64,000 nucleotides of DNA, from NCBI GenBank assembly GCA_050273025.1, contig CP158635.1, positions 29,884,001 to 29,948,000 of the forward strand, written 5' to 3'. Origin of the DNA: Cenococcum geophilum (lineage: Eukaryota). Made by a program: the position numbers and the translations under genes. The notes beneath the pieces are model-generated. The model saw only the letters and a program-made list of their open reading frames with translations. It was not told where the DNA came from and did no database searches. Position 1 is the first letter of the stretch. Each line of letters begins with the position of its first letter. Shown here one piece after another: positions 51,155 through 64,000 of this stretch.

Positions 51155-53017
51155 TACTGGCTACAGGCCAGATATAGTGGTAGAAACACTAGATCAGAGA
51201 GGTACGTTTACTAGAGCTCTCTACCTAACAGAATCTGACTTGAAAATAGAGCTTATAGAGCCCACTTAACCACCTAACCTAAATCCCTACCACTGACGTT
51301 ACTACTAACTTCTGCGTGGCGCGGCGACTAAATCTAACGATGTCCGAATACTATATGAGGTTAATTGGGGTAGATTTAAGATCGGGCAACGTTAATATTT
51401 GTATATACAGAAGTGCTGTCAAAAATCTAAACTTTGGCTCTATGACTCTATTAGATCTATACAAATTACCCGATTTGGATAAGCGCGCTGACAGCGGTGC
51501 AGTCAGCGTATACATATACCCAGCGAGCGGACAGCGAGCGATTCAATTAGTACAGTCAGTCAGCGAAGCTCGCTGGACGCTGACTGTTGGCCACACTGCG
51601 CCTACTTTACCAAATATCCCGAAGACGCAGACCACGTTATCGCCAGCATCAAAGGTGCATGGGACTCAATGACTTTCACTCCCTACTGCACACCTGAAGG
51701 TCTCATGAGCAGCGTCGAAACCTGTCTCCGCATCCTCGATGGCAAGAAGAAACTCGACATCTTCGAACCTGCGCGACTGGACAAGAATATCCCTATCGAA
51801 GCTGTTGTCGAAGTCCTTGGCGCAATAGCCCAGAGTGGTGACATAGGCGGTGTGGGCTCACAGAAGTTAATCACGAGACGGTTAAGCGGGCCAATGTAGT
51901 ATATCCAATCGCTGCAGTGGAAATAGAGCTGTCGCTTTTCTCTACCCAAGTGTTGACCAACGGGATCATGAAGACGTGTAATGAACTCGGTATCCCGGTT
52001 GTGGTGTATGCACCTTTCGCTCGTGGCTGGCTAACTGGAGTTCTCACGTCCCGCAATCAACCGAAAGAGGGAGGTTACGGACTGAAGCTCGCGCGTTTCG
52101 GCGCCGAGGTGTGGGAGGCGAACCAAGCGGTTGTAGATGCTCTCACAAAAATTGCGAAGAGAGATCGTGGGATCAACGAACTTGCACTGACATGGGTGGT
52201 GAAAATGGGTACGTTGCCAATCCCAGGGTCTAGAAGGAAGGAAGGCATTAAGGCGAACATGGAGGCGGCGCAGCTGGAATTGACAGAGAATGATTGCGAG
52301 GCCATTGACGAGGTTTTGCGTGACATGAAGATTCATGGGGAGAGGTATGGCGGTAAAGATCAAATTTCTTAGATGGTTAGAAGAAAACTGAGGAACTGAT
52401 CTTGCGGCACTTTAGGCTGGAAGTATTGCTGGAGTTAGTAGGCCTTCTAGGGAGAAGGTATCATGGTTCTGGAAGTCTAGAAACGGGCGGCTGGAAAATG
52501 GATATGGCGAAGACATCTAATGAACTACGAGAAGTTCAAATGCCTCTACTCCACACTCAATTTAAGCCATTGTGAGTTAGCTTTTATTGTATCAATGGAT
52601 GAGGGTCATATTTGGAGGAAGGTGCTTCACGTGCCGCTCGGAGAACCAACACTCAGTTTTCTCCATTCGACTCTCCTGCTCCACAACACAAACCGATAGC
52701 TGAGGTTATAGCATACGAGATTCCGGATGGGTGCTTGCGGCGTGAATGCAATCTCGCCAACGCGTGATTGAAAGCGCAAACTATAAAGGGTTATTTCAGC
52801 ACTGCTTCACCGTTCGATTCAGCTTCAACAACTCTATGAATCCAGCTTCAACTGCATATTTATAATCCTCTAAAGTATTTCTTAGTCTTCCCTTCTTTCT
52901 CTGTCAACCCTAGATCTTCTGCGAGAGAGCATTATCTTCAACACAACCCAACGTCGACCGACAAACTCAAACAACTTCTGCTACCACGCAGCACATAATT
53001 AAAACAAAGCATCCACA

Positions 53018-53800
53018 ATGGAGAACTCCTTCGCTTTCGACTTTAATGCAGAACACTCTCGTGGTGTCAATCATGGCGATTGTATCACTATCGACACAGG
53101 GAAAGATGAGAACGGCCTGGTCAAGAATACTCTCGTGCACATCCAGAAGACCGTCGGGAAGCTCCTGGAGAACTCTGAGGCCTCGATGAGTATCACCATG
53201 GGTTGGAGATTTTATCCTTGATTTGGATATAGCCGAAGACCGGCATGGAAAGGGACAGGAAGAGGCTAGTGACCCGTGGACATTCCTGTCGATTGTCAAA
53301 AGCCCGGACAGCATGGCCGGCGCGTCACTGACACTCCAAAAGCCTATTCTCATTACATTAGAAGAATACGAATGGACTAGAGCTGTCGAATGCATCGGTA
53401 AGGCTATACGGAGAATGGGAAACCTTCTTGAATTGACGTGAGTATATTCCACTAAGTTTCTTCAGATAAACCACGATTGGTTACTAACACTTGCATACAG
53501 TTAGGTATCGTAACCGGCTATACTAGAACTTTAGGTGGTATCATATTAACTTACTTTAATTATAACTAAGTAGTAAATATATAATAAAGCCTTATAGGAA
53601 ATACTACGATAGATTTATTAATAGGCTAGATATCTAGGTTAGATAAATAATAATAATATAACCTAGTAGAGTAACTACCTAATAAATTAACTTTAATTAA
53701 TTATGAGATTTACTATAAAGAGAGAACTATCTACGGTAGGGACTATAGGTCCTTAAATATATAACTATACTCTTAAGAAATCCCTTTACGTAACGTACCT
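53018..53800 (+). pseudogene. Hypothetical protein pseudogene (frameshift ~53212; intron 53439-53500; exon 2 RIP-degraded)
   Basis: Track ORFs 53018..53221 and 53223..53441 join if one T is removed from the T-run at ~53210-53213; GTGAGT donor, CTAAC branch, CAG acceptor; 3' end uncertain. Confidence 0.55.
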
Positions 53801-54033
53801 CGCGTATACTACGTACAATACGTATAACGTTATATAATATTATATAACTCGCCTACTACTTATTATATAGTTCTACTGGGTCTATCGTAGCCCATACTAC
53901 CTCTATTACCTCGTCTAGCTCCTCTCTAAGTAGCCGTGATATATCTAATATAAGGTCCATAACACTAGTGCTATTTACTAAAATTGACCTAAAATCCTAA
54001 CTCGAAATCTAACTATATTAGAAACACTAATAT

Positions 54034-55623
54034 TTAAATAGCTATTGGGATCATGGTCATGCAGGGGGGAGTGCAGAGACAGGCAGGGGGGTAGACCTCC
54101 TCCAGAGTGTCCTCCCCTACCGCATCTATAGGCGCCCCACCGTCACTTCCCCCAATAGGACCAGGGCCCCCGGTTGCCCGCTGCAGGTTGTTCAACCTGA
54201 CTAGGTGCTCCTCCACAATCTTCCCTACAAAACCTCCATAGAACCACACAATGGGCGTCAGATCGTCTAATCTCAGCCTATTGAAGGCCGCTTCGATGAT
54301 CCAGCCGTACATAGTGTAGACACATGGTTTGCTTGCGTGGAAGAGTATGGGCACCTCCTGGAACAGCTGGAGTTGTGGAATTTCCAAATTGACCACCTTC
54401 AAGTCTGGCAATTTCTTGAGAACCTTCCACGACATAGTATCCCGCTTCTTGAGCTTGCCCCAGTCAAAGCCCCCATGGCTGAATTCAAAGAATGCTAGGA
54501 AGTCGACGGGATCGAAGGCTAGACATAGGTTCTGGATTCGATGCATCATAGTGCCGTAGTAGCTAAGACCCGGGTAAAGGCGCGGATAATTTTGATACCG
54601 TTTCTCGTCCATGTAGCGGACTTTGCGCGCGACCCGGGACATTGACTGTGGTAAGGCGGTGGGATGAACAACTTGCTTAAATTTGTTTAGCCGCGTCAAG
54701 GCAGCCGAAAGCTCCGTTGTGGTTGAGTAACGGAACTCTTGTTTGGCGAACAGAATCTTCACTATTGTGGACCGGATACTGATAGACGTGCGGCAGAGAG
54801 ACTTGCAGTCTCCTAGGGCGACATAAATCTCCCAAAAAGACTTCTCCTTGACACTCTTCGATACCTGTGGGGTGTAATAGGTGGGCTTCTGAAACAGGCA
54901 TGTGGCCACGATTGTATCTTGTATCTCCTTCGGAAGGGCAGTGAATTCGAAGACTTTTCCGTTGTTGTCCCAATAATTTTGAAAGACGTGAAGAGGCAAG
55001 ATGTATTTCTGTTTAACTTAGTTAGCAGGCTATCTTGGTTCTTTAGCAGCGAAATTGTGGATTACCTTGAAGACAGGCAAGTCCCTAGCGAGCCATTCCT
55101 CCAGACTGAGCCATTCTCCTCCGTCTAGAACCTCCACATCGTTTATGGGGCCTAGCTTTGTGGCAATTCTCATCCTGCAGAACAACAAGTATTTCCTGTC
55201 GTTTCCATCACAGAAAACATAACCCTTCTGGGTATCATGCGTTACTCCGGACCACGCCAGTTCATAACTGGAGTCAGTAATGGGCCAAACGCTATAGTCG
55301 ATTGGCCAATGATACGGGCTACGGATTCTGAATTGGTTAATGATAAGTTGGATCTGGCGAATCATAATGTCTGAATTGAGCCGTTTCACTTTCGCAGCGT
55401 AGCTAAAGAATTCTCTGGTGCTGGTACCGGCTGGAAGAGTCAACAGTGGGTATGGGCGTAAATCTTTGATGAGGTTAATGAACATATTGTTGAAGTCGTA
55501 CCGATAATTATAGTCTAGGCCAGGGTTTATCGGTGGTGGCTTTTTGGGCGGCATAACAGTGACGGCTGAAGGCGGTAGTGACGGCTTCGCGGCTGCTGGC
55601 TTGATGGCCGCTGGCCTGTCCAT
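54034..55623 (-). CDS. Two-exon hypothetical protein (~510 aa) with an F-box-like motif
   Basis: Track ORFs 55030..55623 and 54034..54999 join through phase-0 intron 55065-55009 (GTAATC...GCTAAC...CAG); motif FEFTALPKEIQDTI; start may lie further upstream. Confidence 0.75.
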
Positions 55624-56247
55624 TAAGAATTTCTCGATGCTTGCGCTAAGAGGGAAGAATTGGGTTTGTACTGGTTGAAGCCCTGAATTATTTTTAGCCC
55701 AAAGTTGAACCTGCCTGTACCAAATTCAAAACCCAAGAAAGGTGCCTCTTCCCCTAAACTTAGGCCCTCTTCTTCATGTGCTGCGGTATGACTGAATGAG
55801 AATCAGCAGCCGTCGAAAGCACTCAAATTTGTCAGTGAAAAATGTATGATGAAAGAGGTGCAGATGAAGATAGACGGAATGTGATCAAGTATTGAGGTGG
55901 GTAAGGTCTAGTGGGTTCCTGAGAGTAGGTAAGAGTGGTCTAAACGAAAGTTGCTTTGGTTATCAAATCGAAGAGTCATTTAGGGCACCCTCTCGTGATG
56001 GATAAGATAGAAATATGGAGGGAGAATGGTACGTATCAAGAGGTAGTGAGTGACAACGGTTGGAGACGCCTCGATGATTTCCCGCCAAGCGAGCGATATG
56101 ACCACCAAAAGAGGCGGTGCAGCGTGCCCGAATCGAGTAGATTTAGCGATTAAACTTGTTTTAAGGCTTGAGTAGGAATATGGGTTGGTAAAGGCAGCTC
56201 TTTAAACTTCAAGGGGGTCGTTTATAAAACAAGGGTGGTGTCGTCAG

Positions 56248-58881
56248 CAGTGTGTCCAAGAGTCAGCGACGCTGTCAGCTTCGCTGCCAAGAGGCTGCTA
56301 ATGTAAGCAGTCAGCTATAAGACTGCAGCTAGCTGACAGCTCGCTGTCTTGGCGGTAAGATTTAATGGTAAGTTAAAGCTTTTAGTAGAAGTTAAGGATA
56401 TTTAGATAATCTAGTTAGTTAATTATACGCTAAGTAATAGGAAACCCATAGGAATCTCTCGCTTAGCTATAGTAAATAAAGTATTTTCCCTAATATCTCT
56501 ATTACGCGCTAAAACCCGTGCTAAAGCTTACTATTTTATTACCTATGTAAAATGTAATATATATTACATTTTACGCGTTAGCTAGGTAATAGAGCTTCTT
56601 TATCTACTTCCTTCTCCACTTTTTCCTTATTTAATTTACAATCTATACATTATTTAACTTCTTTAGCACCGTATAGGGTTCGTAAATTAACTACTTCCTC
56701 CCCCCTTTTAATTAACGATAATACTAAATTAGGCAATTAAGATAATTCTATATTGCGAGAGCCTCCTTTAGCAAATTAGAACTATAGCTATATCTTTCCT
56801 ATTAATTAGGACAATCTCTATCTAATAATATATAGTAAGCTTACTAGTAAATATAGATACCGGGTTATTAATAAGTGGTTACTATTAAGTAAGGCTCCTA
56901 TATTACTAATATAGAAGTATAAAGCAGACCTTTTTTAAGACAATCTTTTAGGTAAAAAAAGGCTTTGGCTATATAAGCTCTGCCATCTAGCTTAAAGACT
57001 AGGTACTTTATTATTAACGGCAATAATTATATTAACGGCTATTTAAAGTTAAAGTATAACCTTATTAATAACCCTAAAAGTTATAGTAGTAGAATATAAC
57101 TATTAAGTATAAAAGCTTTTACTTCTACTAGTAGTTATAAACGCCAGCCATTCTAGATAGCTAGCTATATTTAAGCCTATATTAATTAAACAATTCTATA
57201 AGATATTACCTTCCGTTAAACTATAAGTCCTTATATACGTACTCTACTAACTTTTAATTATTTTTAGATTTAGGGCTATCTTATAAAGGCACCTATATTA
57301 CTAAGCAATTAGATTAAAACCGCATTTAAACAGCAACGCGTTAATATTAAAGACCTCCTCCTTATCGTACTTAGTAAAATTAATCTTACCTATAATATCT
57401 AGACATCTATAAATGAAATATTACTACTTAATATAGTAGCCCATTTCATTAATAAAGGTAGAAAGCTTTAATTAGTACTTTTAGGCCTTCTATAACTGCG
57501 AGGATTATACTTTACTAAAAATATAGTAACGGCCCTAGTATTAGTAATTTAGAGGTATCAATTTAATTATAAGCTTAGCTCCTTAATAGCTGATAACGCT
57601 AGTAATAATAAGCTCTATAACTACCTCTTATAAAGCCTATTAGTAGCTAAAAAGAAACAGCTTTAGTACGTTATGTTACGAATTGACTAAGCAGTTACGA
57701 ATAAGCTTAATTGCTAGCTATTGACCGTGCTAAGTATATTGACGCGTAATGGATTAAGACGTTTGACAAGAGAATAGAAACAGGTTTAGGTTAACATAGT
57801 CAAGATATAGGGATTTGTCGTGGTGCGTGCGTAGGTGTTACGGGACGGTCCCGTGACACGTTAGCTATATTATTAACCTTATTATTAAGGCTTTAATATA
57901 CGGCAAAGGCGTAGGTATGCTTAAATGCTTAATAATTGGCGCGAGCGAGTATATTAAATTTAATCTTATGCGGTAGAGAGGCTCTATAGGTAAGGTTTAT
58001 AATATTATTTAATATATTATATAATTAATAATACTCCGTAAGGATTTTGCTAAAAACTAGGCTAGGGCCTATATTAAAAACAAGCTCTTTAATTAAGTAG
58101 AGCTTCTGCTTATTAAGGACGAAGGCGTTTAGTAGAATTTAACCTACTTTATACTCTACTATGCCTATCTTCTTTATAAAGCAATTAATAAATATCTACT
58201 AGCTTAGAGAAAGCCCACTAATAATAGCTATAATCTATTATAGGACGCGCTTACTAATAAAGATTAGTAGTAAGTAGAGTAGCTTATTAAGATCCTAAAA
58301 CCTTTTATATTAGCTATTAAGCGTATAAAAGGTAATGCTAATAGTCCTAGTATTAAAGGCTTATATAGCGCTCTATAGCAGTTAATTACTAATATAGGGC
58401 TACTCTATTAAATTCTCTAGTAAACTTAGCAGAGCCTTAAAAATAAATGCAACTTCTTCCTTAAATTAGGCGTTAATATAGCTATCTAAAAGATTAATAA
58501 ATATTTTAATAAAATAAAGGCCGAGAGCCCTTACAATTTTACTGCAGTAATCCTTTATTCGTTTCTTAAACGCGCCTACTTTTATAATAAGTAGAAATAG
58601 TAGCCCCTATAGTAGAAGTACGCCAAGCGGTATATAGAGACTTTAGTTAATAACTATATTAATAAGCGAGTAGATAAGGAAGATAAAAAAACTAGCTAAG
58701 CTATAATGTAGAAAGGTTCCTTATAAATCTAATAATAATTTAGTTAATAAATATATATAGTCCTTAGTTGTAGATAAAAGCCTTATTTCTTTAAAGCGTA
58801 ATTAAAAGCGTATTAAGCTCACTAGTAAGCTTAACCGCTACTATAATATAGGCTTTAAGCTTATTAAGATCCGCTCTAATA
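56248..58881 (+). mobile_element. hAT transposon 4, relative of hAT1, more heavily RIPed; right end not in window
   Basis: Left end CAGTGTGTCCAAGAG resembles hAT1 TIR; transposase from ~56552 colinear with 43327-48980. Confidence 0.9.
57674..57858. mobile_element. Solo LTR (185 bp) inserted in hAT4 transposase
   Basis: Termini tgttacg...ccgtgaca; TSD CGTTA (57669-57673, 57859-57863). Confidence 0.9.
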
Positions 58882-59264
58882 ACGTATTTTATTAGTTATC
58901 CGCCAGCCCTAAAAACCACTAAAAATTAGAAAAAATACACCTTAATATCTTAATAACGGCTTAATAATAAATTCTGAAATTTTATAATTAGCCTTTTGTG
59001 CCTATATTAAGATTTTTAATAAAATTTTAGTATAATAAGCCTAGCAGTTATTAAGATATTAAGTTTCAGCCCCTAATTTTAAGCTAAATCGCGATATCTC
59101 CAAAGCTACTTAATATATTACTTTTTAAATCTAATAAAAGGTTTGAAATAGGTATAAAAGGCTAGTTATAAATTTTCATAATTTATTATTAAGCCGTTGT
59201 TAAGATATTAAGGTGCATTTTTCCTGATTTTTAGTAGTTTTTAAGGCCGGCGGATGACCGATTT
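58882..59264. mobile_element. MITE with ~120-bp terminal inverted repeats, probably Tc1/mariner (pogo/Fot1)-derived
   Basis: 58882-~59005 is the reverse complement of ~59148-59262; begins TA|ACGT; right tip cut off by LTR of K. Confidence 0.75.
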
Positions 59265-62200
59265 TATTAGCGACTTAGTCAATTAAGGCATAAGCACGGT
59301 AAGAAGGACGCATGCAAGCCTATATAATTGGATTGTCTATAAACAAGAATCTAAAGCTAGAGAAAGGAGAGAAGACAGAGGGCGACGCTACTTAACGTTA
59401 TATATAATCCTCTAGTTATATAACGGCAATTTATTTAAAACTATCTAAAACTATTTACAATTGTCCGCTATAATATACTAATATCTACTAGTTTCTACTA
59501 GCGCCGTAATATTACCCCCCCCCTCCAAAAAAGCCTGCCCTTAGGCTTTATATATCCGTTTTATATCTATAAGGTATTCTTATCTTTATACTTAATAGGT
59601 AGCTTATTATCTTCGCTATTCTAGCACTCTATCTACTTATTAAGGTACTTTAGGGGCCTAGGTTTATTAGGGTAATAGCTATAAAACTTTTAAAGCTTGT
59701 AGGGACTACCTATAAAGTTCTATATAGGGTGCTAAATAAGGTCTAGATTATACCCTTTCTAACTAATATAATATTTTAACGTTCCCCTTATAAGCTTATA
59801 GGCTAGTATTTTTTTTAATTTCCTATTTATTATTATTATTAACTTAGATTAATAGGGGAGGTTTATTCTTTTGTTTAGGTAATAGGCCGTTTATAGCTTT
59901 CTGTAGTTTATTTAGAAAGAAAATAGGGTAAACCTTAATTAAATCTAGGAGCTTTACTTTATATAAGTTGCCTATCTTCTTAAGAACCTTATATAGTCCT
60001 ACTATCTAATAGTCTAGCTTACGGCTAGGTCGTTCCGTCTTTTAGTTTTTTATTATAACCTAGACTATATCTCCTATAGTAAAGTTAGGCTCTGGCCTAT
60101 ACTTATTCGCCTACTATTATATTAATTTCTAGGCCTTTTTTAGATTTATATAGGCTACTGTCTAGACTTTTTTTAAGCGCTTAGCGTACTGCCGTGCTTT
60201 CTTATAAGATAATTTTTCGCATATAGTCCGGGGTTCTTCTAGTCTTTCCTAGTTAAAGCTTATATAGGGTAAGTAGCCCATTTCCAGTTAAATAGGGGCA
60301 AATCCTATAGAGTTATAGGGTAGGGTTACTTGGGTATAGTCTATTAGGGGTAGTAGTTTAGCCTAGTTATCTTAGAAGTAGTTAATAAAGGGCCAAAGTC
60401 TCTAATCTAAGTATTAATTTATAATTTCCGTCTAACTATCTGTCTGGGGGTAGTATGCTATAAAAAGCTTTAGCTTAATGCCTAAATTTTAGGTAAACTT
60501 ATTCTAGAAAGCTAATGTAAATTACGGCCTATAATTGGATATAATAGTATCTAGTAGTCTATAAATTTGGTAGATATAGTAGATATATAATTAAGCCGCT
60601 TCTTTAGTATTAATATTTTTATAATATAGGATTAAGAACGGGCGCTTGCTAAAGCGGTTAACTAGAATTATAACTATATTATATCCGTTACGGTCTATAG
60701 GTAGCTTATAGAAGTCTATAGAGATATACTACTAGGGGCGTTCTAGTATTAAAAGTAGTTTTAATAGTCCTAGGGTTTTATCTTATAGGATTATAAATCT
60801 ACAGCAGCCGTCGCGGTTCCGTATATAACAGTTAATATCTATAACTATTCCGGGCCAGTAGTAGCGGTTACTAATAATCTTATAGGTCTTATTTATTTTA
60901 GGGTGGGCCGTAGAGACCTAGGTATAAGCTTTAGTAATAAGCCAGGTCTATAAGTTCTATTCCTTAGCTACTACTAGCTATTCCTAGTGCTTAAATAGTC
61001 CGTTTTTAAGGGACTATAGGCTAGTAACGTTCTTTACCTTTTTACGGTACTCCTATAGAGAGGGGGTCGTTTAGTTAGCCTATAGTAGTTTATTAATAAG
61101 GTTAAGTTCGGAGGAGTTAATAGAATATATTTTAGCGACTAAAGAGTTTATGCTTAGTTCTACCTATATTTAGGGGTTAAGGTATTCTAGTTATAGTAGC
61201 GTCTAGGTTTTTAATAAGATCTTTATAGCCGTCTGGTTATCTAGGTCTTATTTACGCCTTATAAGAGCGTCTACACGATTTATAGCGCCTAGTCTATATA
61301 TAATTAAGAAGTTAAACTAAGATAGAATATCTGCTTAGCGTGCCTACCGGGCTATAAGGACCTTAGTTATTATAAAGTATTCTAGGGTCTTATAATCTAA
61401 AACTACCTTAATTGGCTTAGGGGTCCCCTTTAGCTATATACACTAGTACTAAAAGCTAAAGATAATAGCCAGCATTTCTTTATTATGGATATAGTAGTTT
61501 AGCTTAGTATCTATTATAGTCTTTAAATAGTATATAATAGGGTACTATTCTCCATCCGGTTGCTTTAAAAAAAAACCAGCTATTACGCTATCTAAGGCAT
61601 TAGTTTCTAGTATTAAGGGCAGTTTTAGGTTAAAATAGGTAAGTAGGGGAGCCGATACTAGCCGTTTTTTAAGCTTATTAAAGGCCTGCCTATATATAGC
61701 GTTAAAGTAAAAGGGCTGGTCTTTTCTAGTAAGACGGTTAAAAGGCTAGGTAATTCTACTATAGTTCTTAATAAAGCGTTAGTAAATATTATAAAAACCT
61801 AAAAATAATTATACCCCTTTTATAGTCCGTAAGGGTACCTACTAGTTAATTACGGCTGTTTTCTCTGGGTCGGCTTTAATTCCATGTATACTAAAAATAA
61901 AACCTAGGTACTTTATACGCTTAATACTAAACTCTAACTTTTTAATATTAACCTAGAGGCTAGCCTTATAAAGCCGTTATAGGACTTTATAGACATACTC
62001 TTTATATTCTAGCTTATTCTTAAAGTAGATTATAATATTATCTAAATAGGCCATATAAAAGTCATTAAGGTAGTTAAAGAGTATATTATTTATATACCGC
62101 TAGTATATAGCTAGTCCGTTAGTTAATCTAAAAGAAAGTACCTTATATTTATATGTTCTGTAACGGGTCTAAAATATAGTAAAATCCTTAAACCTAAGGT

Positions 62201-64000
62201 CTATTCTAATTTAGTAGAAGGCTTAGCGGATATTAAGCTTTATAAAAACCTTAGCTCTACTTATTTAGGCTAAAGTCTTATTAAGTAGGGGCAGTGGATA
62301 GCGGTCCTTGCAGGTTATATTATTTAGCTTATAGTAGTTAATATAAAAGCGGAGTCCTCTATTTAGCTTTTTAATATAAAAAATAGGCAAGGTAAAAGGG
62401 GCTTAGCTAGGCTTAATAAAGCCCTTATTTAGGTTATTAATAAAATACTACTTTATAGCCTATAATTTAGTAATAGACTGCTTATAGAGGGGGCTAAAGC
62501 TAAGAGTGTTTTCCTTACCCTACTTAATCTTAATCTTATAGTTATAAGGTCGATAAGGTAAAAGTATATTAAATACTGCTTTAGAGAATATATCCTTAAA
62601 TTTCTGGTATTAATAAGGCAGCTTTTATTCTACTAGTTCCTTATTTATAAGCTCGCTTTTTTATCCGCTAAGCTTACCTTCCTTTTCCTTAATTATTTAA
62701 TTAATTTTATATAAGCTAGTTATAAAGGCGACAGTATTTAGCTAAACTAAGTTCTAGTAGAATCCTATAGCACTAATATAGTAGATATTAACTAGTAGGA
62801 GGTTTACTAGTTTCTTAACAGATATTTATTAGGTTATATTTTGCGGTATAAGGTTTATAATCTTCCTTAACTTATATTCTATTTTCTATAAGTTATCTTT
62901 TCTATTTATTAGTTTAGTATAGCGTCTAGTATTCCTAGCTTTCCTTTATAGCTATATAGGGCCTAAGTCCTCCGTAGTTAACTTAGTTAGGTTACTACTA
63001 GCTTTCTAGGTCTTTAATATAGGTGGTATAATATAGCTAGTCTAGGGGCAGTGTAGTATATAGATCCGTTATAGGTTAAGCTATATATCTTTTTTAAAGG
63101 CCTAGTCCCTACGTATAGTATCTACTTAGTAAATAGTATAGATCTAGGGCTGTATAAGGTTTTCTATTATAATGCTAATTTCTTTTATAAAAGAAGGGGT
63201 TAAGGGTAGAGTTTCGGGCTAGATAAGCTGCCTACTCTATATATTAAGCTATAAGCCTAAATAGGCTAGCTATTTTCTTTTTAAGATTATATTATAGCTT
63301 CCTAGGTCTATAATAAGGAAGGGGATATTATACTACCTTCGTCTGTTAATACGGAGGTAAATCCATAAAATAGTCGTAATAGGTAGCCCTATCCACCCAT
63401 TATACCCGTAAATTAGAATTAGTTTAGGTAGTTCTTTAATAGATATATTTAAAAAGTTAGCCAGCTTTACGGTATACTAGGTATCTATTAAAGTAAAGGT
63501 ATTTACTCTAAAGTTAGCTAGAGTAGAGGTTAAAACTTAACATTTATTACGGAATAAAGTATAAGGGATAGTATAGCTTCTTTTACTAACTAGCTAACCT
63601 AGATTAATATATAACATGTTAATCTCTTTTAACCCTAAAGAAAAGTCTTCCTCTAGGGTTCCTCTTTTTCTAACTCTATGCTATTCTCTTAGATTAATAG
63701 GACCTTATCTACTTTTATATTTATTAGGTAATTCTTTATATAGTAGCCTTTCTAACTATAAGAGAAGTAAGCTCCTTAATTACTAAGGGCCTATATATAG
63801 GGGTTGCTATACATAAGCCGAGTATTTACTAGACTTATAGTAGGACTAGCTATATAGCTAGCTACTAAATTAGCGGCGGGCTGTATAGGTGGTGCTATAG
63901 GGGTTATTAATCGTGCTAGGATATTACGGGCCGTACTTATATTACTTATAGTCTAATTTAAAGGGTTTCTAGCCTTATACCGTTCGGCATATACCTTAAT
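59265..64000 (-). mobile_element. Ty3/Gypsy chromovirus K (3' LTR, chromodomain, integrase, RNase H, RT, protease); 5' end outside window
   Basis: 3' LTR ~59265-59511, PPT 59515-59532 on minus strand; RT AYLD(D)IIIY ~62030-62050; integrase ~60250-60930. Confidence 0.88.

Larger units (their letters stand above)
43001..51598 (+). mobile_element. hAT DNA transposon 1 (RIPed transposase 43327-~51269), hosting two nested hATs
   Basis: 15-bp TIR CAGTGTGGCCAACAG/CTGTTGGCCACACTG; 8-bp TSD CGCCTACT (42993-43000, 51599-51606); BED finger, (D)IWTS, CIGHIINL, WNSTY, CERAFS motifs. Confidence 0.95.
42746..52372 (+). pseudogene. Aldo-keto reductase (pyridoxal reductase-like) gene disrupted by a hAT insertion and a frameshift
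   Basis: Exon 1 42746-42797, intron 42798-42853, exon 2 42854-43000 resuming at 51607; reads VGYGM..., FWNGGMHYG, SIKG, LDIFEPARLD, AVEIELSLFS, VYAPFARGWLTG, LPIPGS; 1-nt deletion at ~51856 (GVG-LTEV). Confidence 0.9.

Noticed and set aside
51316..51672. 118-aa ORF
   Set aside because: Crosses the hAT1 TIR/TSD junction and is out of frame with the reductase
55956..56153. 65-aa ORF
   Set aside because: Non-ATG start, short, no recognisable motif; probably intergenic
1..64000. tRNA, rRNA, telomeric repeats or a Starship tyrosine-recombinase captain
   Set aside because: None recognisable by eye

Overview
Filamentous-ascomycete genomic DNA (GT-AG introns with CTRAC branch sites) dominated by transposons degraded by repeat-induced point mutation (RIP: TpA excess, CAA/CAG/TGG codons turned to stops). 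1-39.8 kb is a nest of LTR retrotransposons: several chromodomain-bearing Ty3/Gypsy copies, one Ty1/Copia, solo LTRs and a tandem non-autonomous LTR element, most with readable LTR pairs and 5-bp TSDs. A gene island at 40-56 kb holds an Rrn9-domain gene, an aldo-keto reductase gene split by three nested hAT transposons (8-bp TSDs), a frameshifted half-RIPed gene and an F-box-like gene. 56.2-64 kb is another hAT with a solo LTR, a MITE and a Gypsy inserted. Most notable: (i) unrelated elements (a Gypsy and a hAT) carry small intron-containing accessory genes antisense to their own pol/transposase, encoding six-cysteine zinc-cluster-like proteins (one DUF3716-like); (ii) one palindromic hairpin module recurs in the 3' UTRs of three Gypsy elements and one Copia, in varying orientation. 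De-RIPed translations were made by eye and need confirmation.
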